A stretch of DNA of 58,582 nucleotides, counting the filler, from Jimgerdemannia flammicorona (Eukaryota): assembly GCA_003990765.1 (NCBI GenBank). It is 3 parts of 3 records of this genome, joined end to end, with 100 filler letters (N's around TTAATTAATTAA, not from the genome) between each part and the next. Parts side by side here need not be neighbours in the genome. Positions count along the whole stretch, not along the records: positions 39,127 to 58,582 come from RBNJ01001935.1; 2 more parts are not named here. One strand, 5' to 3'. Position numbers and translations under genes: made by a program. Below are positions 51,652-58,582 of the stretch, piece by piece. The first letter of the stretch is position 1. Each line of letters opens with the position of its first letter. The notes under the pieces were generated by a model. The model did no database searches, was not told the DNA's origin, and saw only the letters and a list, made by a program, of their open reading frames with translations.

Positions 51652-52929
51652 TTGCTGTGTTCGGGCTTTCCTAAGGCTGAGGCTCTACTAGTGGAGAGCC
51701 TCTAAGCTCTAAGATTGAGGTGTGGCCATCTGGCTCCAGTAGAGGGGTCTCGAAGATAGTTGATTTCTCTTCTTCCTGTAGGGTCTAGGGCTTCCATGAA
51801 GTTGGTGGCATCTTCTGCCCATCCTTGGTGAGTTGCATGTCTGATGAGAGCCAGGATGTCTTTGCCTAAATCATAGATCTTGAGGGTCCTTCTTCCTGGC
51901 TTTTTGGTCTGGCTTTTTTGGATCTGACTTCAGTTATCTCCTCTCTTCAAGGTATGGACTGCAATATTATAACTGAGATGGATCTTCCAATGCCTGTAGT
52001 CTCGGCAGTCTGGGTGTCTTCTATGGTTGCAATATCTCATTGCTCAGAAATGATATTTCTGATTATTGATCTCTTGTTGTCTTGGTAAACAGTACCCATC
52101 TTGGTCATAGGTGAGTGGAAGAGTAGATAAGGGATATATTTCTATCTGGGTGAAGATGTCTTGTCCCCTGAATCAACTTTGCAACTTAGTGATGATGTTT
52201 TGAAAGGTGGTTAACTGTACAAGTGTATTCAGGTGTTCTGGTCTCTGGGGCCTCTGTTTCTCCTGATGGTCTAGTAAATGGCACTGATAGCAGTAGTCTC
52301 AGAGAGAGTGGAAGACCATTTGGTATGGACATCTTCCTAGCTGAAAAGCTTTTTCTTGGTGAGTTTCCTTCTTAAGGATAATAGTGATTATACTGGGTCC
52401 TTCTTCTGTATTCCAAGGATCATTGTCTTTAGGTGGCGTTCAGTGAGGATCATCCAAGGAGATGAGTTTGGGGACCTCTTCTTCTTCAGGTGCTTCTTGT
52501 TCAGGAACTTCTTGGTCAGAAGTTTCTTCTTTCTTAGATGATTCTTGACCCCAAATTGCTTGTACTTCTGCAGCTTTAGTCGCAGGTGTTTCTGGAACAT
52601 ATCTGCATTTCTTCTTCTTTCTGCATTCTGGGCAGGCTGTGCTAGGTGATTTCCTTGTTCCCATGATCTTGGAGGAATGCTCAGGATACTTGTATCTCTT
52701 GAGGCAGGTAGGGCATCCTTTAGCTTCTCCTGCAATAGCCCCAATTGTGATAGAGATAGTGTTCTTGGCCCACACATTATCTTCCGGTCTATTATCCACC
52801 AGATTAATTTGGGGATTGAGTCTGGGATCATTGTCATCTTCAGATTCTTCTTCTTCTATAGTAGACTCCTCACTGCTGGCATATTCTTCCTAAATAGTGA
52901 CCTTCTTCTTCTTCTTTGATTGCTCATAG

Positions 52930-53290
52930 CTGATCACCTTAACTCTATACTTCTTGCCTCGGTAGTCAAACTTGAGTACTTGTTGGCCAATATCAACAAC
53001 TGCATTCATTTCCTTCATCCAGTTGGTGCCAAAAATTATGTCATAGGTGACAGCTTCAGAAACAACTGCTTTAGGGATGGAGAACTGAATGTGTCCAAGA
53101 GAGATAGTGATATTTTGTACTTCTCCAAGGGGTTGAGTTCAGGCTCCATCTGCTACTATGATGCTGAGGTTGGATGGTCCATCAATGGGCCATTGGAGGG
53201 TGTCCAGGAACCATTTGGCAATGACACAGATAGCTGCTCCTGTGTCTATGAGGATCTTTACCTTTTGTCCTCCATTGTCTCTATGTAGGT
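52930..53290 (-). pseudogene. Retroviral-type aspartic protease
   Basis: KILIDTGAAICVI...YDIIFGTNWM. Confidence 0.9.
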
Positions 53291-53399
53291 AGATGCTGAC
53301 ATATCTTTCAGCTGCCTGGACAGAGATGGGAACTAGTTCTTGCTGTTGTATTGAGACTCAGCCAGTGCTAGACCTGGTAGTTCTCAGCAATTTGTTTCA

Positions 53400-55200
53400 G
53401 ACTTCAGCTTGTATCAGTTGCAGGAATTGCAGGAGGGGGACTTCCACTTGGCCTCTTGAATCTTCTGCCAGGCTTTATTGTAGATATCTCTAGGCATGGT
53501 CTTTGGGGTGGACTTTTTCTTGGGCTTTGGGGCAACAGGTTCCTGTTCTTCTTGTTCCATTTCTTCATTCTCTGATGGCAACTCGTTTGTCTCAGGGGCA
53601 AAAGGTGAGGGGGTTTGGGGAGGTATTTCAACTTGTTCTTCTTCATGTTCTTCATCTTCCTCTTGGATGATTCTTCTGCTAATATTCCTGGATGGTCTTC
53701 CTACAGGTCTCTTTCTCTTCTCTGCTAGATAGATTGTTTTTTGAGTGGTAACCTTGATAGAGTACAAGTCCAGGTTACTGTAGTCTTTACTATTACTTGC
53801 CTCCTCAAAATCTTCAACAGGATGAGCCTCAGTTTTTTTTGTACTAGGTGTCATTCCTTTGGTTTGATGATTCTGATTCCCTTCAATCACTTTTTCTATT
53901 ATCACATTCAGTGATATAGTGTCTGAATTGTCCACAGTGGAAGCATTGGACTTGGGCTCTGTCTTAGTCAAGGTATCTTCTTTCTTCTTACTGGAAATTC
54001 CTGTTATCTCCTGGTAGATAACCTTGGCTCCTTTGTGGTGGGTATCCTCTGTTGTCTTAGTAGCCCTGATTTTCATGTATGGTGAGTTTTTCAATCTGTC
54101 CAACCAGCTGGCTAACTTGGAGCTGAGGTCTTGGATTTTACATCTATCCTTCTTTCCTTCCTTAGCTGGCCTTCTTTCTTTGGATCTTTCTTGTCCTTGG
54201 AGAAGTCCTTATAGGGCTTTGACCAGGATGTCTTCTTTATCTTCTTTCTTGTCATGATCACTCCAAGTAGTTCCTTGTCTGATATCAAAGAATACTTGGG
54301 CTATATTTACTTATTCTTCAGACCTTCTGATGCCTAGGGTGTAGACATGCTTGGCAATGTTTGGGGGAATTCCATTCATGAAGGTCATTGGGTCCATAAT
54401 GTCCTGGTTGGTAGCATTGAACCCAGCAGCATGCATTCTCTTCTGGATTCTTGTGAAGAAGGCTCCAGGTGATTCTCTAAGATTCATCTTCATTCCCATG
54501 ATGGATTCTTGGGACTTGTGGTAGGTTTCATTTCCTGCATACTTTTTGATGAGCCAGTGGACCATGGCCTCATATTCTAGCTCATAAGACATTGCTGCTT
54601 GTATCTGTCTTGCCAGTTCTGAATCTGGGTTGTTTGCTATTTAGTGGAAAATTTCTTAGGCTGGTTCCCTGAGCTGTGTCTTGTAGATGGCAATTTTTTT
54701 TTCATCTGGAAGATTCCTCAAGGCTGTGATTTCTTCAATTCCATCAAGTAATTCTCTGGGGTCTTCCTCCAAGTATCCTGCCAAGATTGGCAATAAGGTG
54801 GCCATTTCATTGTTACTTTCTTCTGATTCTAATTCACTTTCTGAACTATCACTGGAAATGTGGGTGCTTGGGTATCTTGAGGATGGTGTTCTGGACCTTG
54901 GATGAAGTGAAATAAGCCTAAGTATTCTTGTAGGAGCTGCTTCCAATTCTGTAAGGGGTTGTGATAAAGGTTCTATTAGTGAGATTGGTGGGACTGATAT
55001 AGGGCATCTGGCTGTAAGGTCTTAGGTTTATGTGATAACATCTTCTAGTTCTTGTGCAAGTTCTTTGAAATTTCTAGCAGGGCTGTCTATATTGTCTGGT
55101 TGATCTGGTTTGGGGTTTCGGGCTATAATGCCTTCTGGTTGGAAACCTTTTGATACTGGGTAGTTGGCAAGTCTTGATGTGATTACTTCTCTTCCTGTCC
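53400..55200 (-). pseudogene. gag with CCHC zinc knuckle
   Basis: GYLEEDPRELL, RESPGAFFTRI, FMNGIPP; CFHCGQFRHYITEC at ~53950-53905. Start approximate. Confidence 0.8.
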
Positions 55201-55313
55201 AGATGCTAGTGATAACTGGTTCTCCTGTAGTAGCAGAGGTTGGTGTTATATCAAATATATCCAGTTTGACTGTAGGTTCTTGTGAGCTAAAAAGTCATGT
55301 CAATTTTGAAATC

Positions 55314-55331
55314 TTCTCAGTTGAGCTCCCA
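55314..55331 (-). promoter_or_regulatory. Putative primer-binding site, tRNA-Pro-like
   Basis: tgggagctcaactgagaa 2 nt after the 5' LTR resembles TGGGGGCTCGTCCGGGAT with mostly transition differences. Confidence 0.5.
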
Positions 55332-55333
55332 AA

Positions 55334-56554
55334 TGTAACATACCTGGCTCAATGGAGGCAAATTACAAGGTTGGAGGTTGAGGTAGTTTGGCTTGAGCCC
55401 CCAGTTACTTTGTCAAAAAGCACAAAATATTCTAAGATTCCTGAGGTCCTTGATGTTTAGTAGTATAATAATCAAAGCTGGATATCTGTGAGCAAGTTGT
55501 ATATCAATTTCCTAATTGAGACAGTTCTCTGAGTATAGTGGCGATTTCGGTATGAATAGATTTCCTTCTTAGGTCAATGGGGAATTGGTAGAATTTGTAT
55601 ATAGCATGATGGATTCCTTATTTGGGTCAACTGGGAATGCCACAATTTGGGTAGCATGATGATCTCTATATAGTGTGACAATCTCCAAAAGTATGTGATT
55701 TCTGGCAGATGCCTCAATTTGGCTCACTGGGAATAATAAATAACTTGATGGCAAGATAATTTGGAAAGCTCAGATGTTGCAGGTTTGGTTTCAACCAGGA
55801 ATGCTACTCAGATGGCATGGGTTCTCTGGGAATATAGATAACTTGAAAACAGTGGATGATATGGATTCTCCAGAATTGCAGGCTTCTGGGAATAACTCAG
55901 GTGGTGCTGATTCATCTGAATCAGTGGCTTCAACTGGGAATACTACTGGTGCAGATCCTTCCGGAATCAGTGGCTTTAACTGGAAGACAGTGGTGAAGTT
56001 CTTCCCTGAACTTGGGCAGCAAATCTTCAGGCTTATCTGGTAAGCAAACTAAAAATGGTCTCATTCTTTGTATCAGAAAGTGGATCAGAGTGGAAAAGAA
56101 GAGAACCAAGCTCACAACTTCTTAGCAGTGGCTCATTAGCAGGTATATCTCCTAAGTATTGCAATCCTTCCTGGATCAAGTGGCTTTTGGCAGACATTTC
56201 TCCTAAGTGTACCAGACAATTGACTTTTGCTTTGGTTTGTATTCAACTTTCAGACTAAAGTTTATTCACTCTTGTCTCTGGGGTAATTTATACATTATAG
56301 TTGCTATCTGGTTACTATGTGGCTAACTATAGGTTTGCTATTTGTTGCAGGTATACAGAGTCTATATAATATACAGGACCTGTATAATATACAGAGACTA
56401 TACAGTATACATAGTCTGTATAGGTAAACAGACTCTTTATAGTATGTCTGGCTAATTATACAGTTTCTGCAGTAATTGTTACTGGTTACTATGCTGTGTG
56501 TTCACATTATCTTGGCTAAGGTATAATTCTGGTAGTATGTCTTGGTTTGTTACA
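55334..56554 (-). repeat. 5' LTR (~1.22 kb)
   Basis: tgtaacata...tttgttaca; direct repeat of 46609-47799. Confidence 0.92.
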
Positions 56555-58472
56555 CTATTTATACAGTTTCCCACAGCAATAGTTACTATATCTGGTTACT
56601 ATACTATGTGTTTATGTCATCTAACTAAGTTATAATTCAGGTGATACATATGTTTTGATTTGTCACATCAACCTCTACTAAAGGATGCTCTGTCCTTAGA
56701 CTGTCCTTTAGTCATCATCTTGGTATAGATAAGTATCTTCTGCATTAATATCTGTTCTATCATCTTCATCATCTGTACCATAGTTACTCCATTCCAGAGG
56801 TTCTTCTTCTTCTTCTAGGAACAGGATTTCAATAGCATTAATAATGCTCAAGTAGGTGGCTAGGTTCATTTCTCATATATAATACTGGGAGAATTATACT
56901 TGTATCAAGACTATAGAGTTTCATTTATAAAGAGTATAGTGCCTGTCTGCAGCAGTGATATCTCTCCTTGATAGTCCTGTAGTATTTCTGATATATATTT
57001 GTTCTAGAGCTAGAAGGTTTGGCAATTGTTCTCCAATTATATAATGGGCCTGAAGTTGATGAACCTGCAGCAATCATCTAGCCAGAATAAGATTCTCTTG
57101 ATGAATCTTAATTTTCTGAAGGGTATTCTCATTAACTTCTCAGAATTGGGGTAGGAGAACTAGTAGTGATTGAAATGAGCTAAGGACAAGAGTCTGAAGA
57201 CAGTTGTTAACTCTCTGATTTATGATATAGGGGAAGATATATCTTGAGATGATTGATGTGTACTGGTGTCCTCAGGGTTCATCTATCTATACTTCTTAAA
57301 TAGATGCTGGTTTCTCTGATGTTGTATATAAGATAGGATTCTTCCCACTTGGGCTACAGTTTGGTGGCAAAATTTGTCTCAATTATGCTTCTACAGACTA
57401 GTACTTGATCTCCAATCTTGACCTCCTGATTATTCTATTTCTGGTCATAGTACTACTTTTGACTTTCTTGGGCTTTGGTAATCTGAACTCAGGCCTGATT
57501 ATGTAATAGTTCTGCCTTCTTGAGGAGGTCTCTAAGATTCTCATAATCAGTAGTTCTGGTTTTCTTAGCAAACATTATTTCAAATGACTTCTGTTTGATA
57601 GAGACAGTAGGGGTGTTCCAAATTTTCCATAGAATCACAAATAAGCAGAGGTCCCAGTTGGTAGGATTGACTCAAGCAAGGCAAGTCCTTTCTTGATGGT
57701 CTGGTTCATTCTTTCTCATACCATTGGTCTAGGGATAGTATGATGTAGTCCATTTGAGGTAGATCTTAAGAACTCAGGTATAACTTATGATTATGTTGCT
57801 GATAAATTCTGTGCCTTAGTCAGAGATGAGTTCTTCTGGGAGTCCATATCTGAGTGTGAGTCTATGAAAAAGGCCTACAATGGTTAGGACATCTGTAATT
57901 TCCATTGGGAAAGCCTCAGGCCACTTGGTCAGATATTCTACAAATATAAGAATATACTTATTTCTACTTGGTATAACTGGTAGAGGTCCAATTACATCTA
58001 CTCCCCATCTCTGAAGGATGTTGTCTGGTGGTATAATTGATTGTAGAAGTGCTTGGTAATTCTTCCTTCCTCAGTACTTCTGGCAGACATCACATTTCCT
58101 AAGTATATCCTAGACTTGAGTTCTAAGGTTGGGCCAATGTTCATATATTGTTCACAACTTTTCTTCTATATTTGCCTGTCCTTAGTTGTTCTTTTCAGAT
58201 AAGATCTTCTTGTGCCTTAATGGTCTGAGGAGCTTCTTTTAGAGTATCATTCCTCAGAACACCCTTCTTCTGGTTCATTGGGGCTGGTGGAAAAGTATAT
58301 CAACATTGTTGTGAGCTTTCTCTACTTTGTAGATGATGGTGATTTTGTAATCCTGGAGAATAAGAATCCAGCAGGCTAGGATTCTGGTAGGTTTCTTACA
58401 GTTGAATAGTCATTTGAGAGCTGTATTGTCTGTGATCAGAGTGAACCTTTTTTTAATAAGATAATGCTTGAA
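56555..58472 (-). mobile_element. Older Gypsy copy of the same family: rest of LTR (to 56667), accessory ORF, integrase, RNase H end
   Basis: Colinear with 47700-49620. Confidence 0.92.
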
Positions 58473-58582
58473 CTGGGTGACCTGCATCCCTTTCTTAGTT
58501 ACTAATCACATTATACACACTTTTACAACACACTTTCATAACATTTATTGGAGAAAGATACTAATTTTTTTTTTTTTTTTTT
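58473..58582 (+). mobile_element. LINE 5' UTR interrupting the older Gypsy
   Basis: catccctttctt...acacacttttacaacacacttt...ggagaaag resembles the LINE 5' ends at 11773 and 5754/44987 (reverse). Confidence 0.55.

Larger units (their letters stand above)
46609..56554 (-). mobile_element. Complete degenerate Ty3/Gypsy LTR retrotransposon (~9.9 kb): gag, PR, insert, dUTPase, RT, RNase H, IN, accessory ORF
   Basis: LTRs 46609-47799 and 55334-56554 (TGTAACA..TGTTACA); CTAT TSD; Gypsy domain order. Confidence 0.95.

Overview
The window is three unrelated contigs (1-19463, 19564-39026, 39127-58582) joined by artificial N44-TTAATTAATTAA-N44 spacers. The DNA is eukaryotic and probably from an early-diverging fungus (Mucoromycota, Endogonales/Glomeromycotina-like). 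This is inferred from spliceosomal introns, an HHDLHPGN-type kinase and the TE families. About three quarters is decayed, almost CpG-free transposon sequence: several L1/Tx1-like LINEs, a Ty3/Gypsy element nested in an LTR of its own family, two copies of a 1.5-kb LTR, and hAT-type MITEs. A CpG-rich gene island (~25200-39026) holds a tandemly duplicated, intron-containing NAD(P)-binding oxidoreductase (F420_oxidored/COG2085-like), a damaged kinase and scrambled Q-rich gene fragments. The three most notable observations are: (1) a ~280-codon unknown ORF inside the U3 part of an LTR that appears related to an accessory ORF 3' of pol in a second Gypsy family; (2) a dUTPase plus an unexplained Cys-containing insert in that Gypsy polyprotein; (3) RIP-like C>T/G>A hypermutation that affects TEs but spares a neighbouring genic tandem duplication. 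All alignments and translations were done by eye, so boundaries in decayed regions are approximate.
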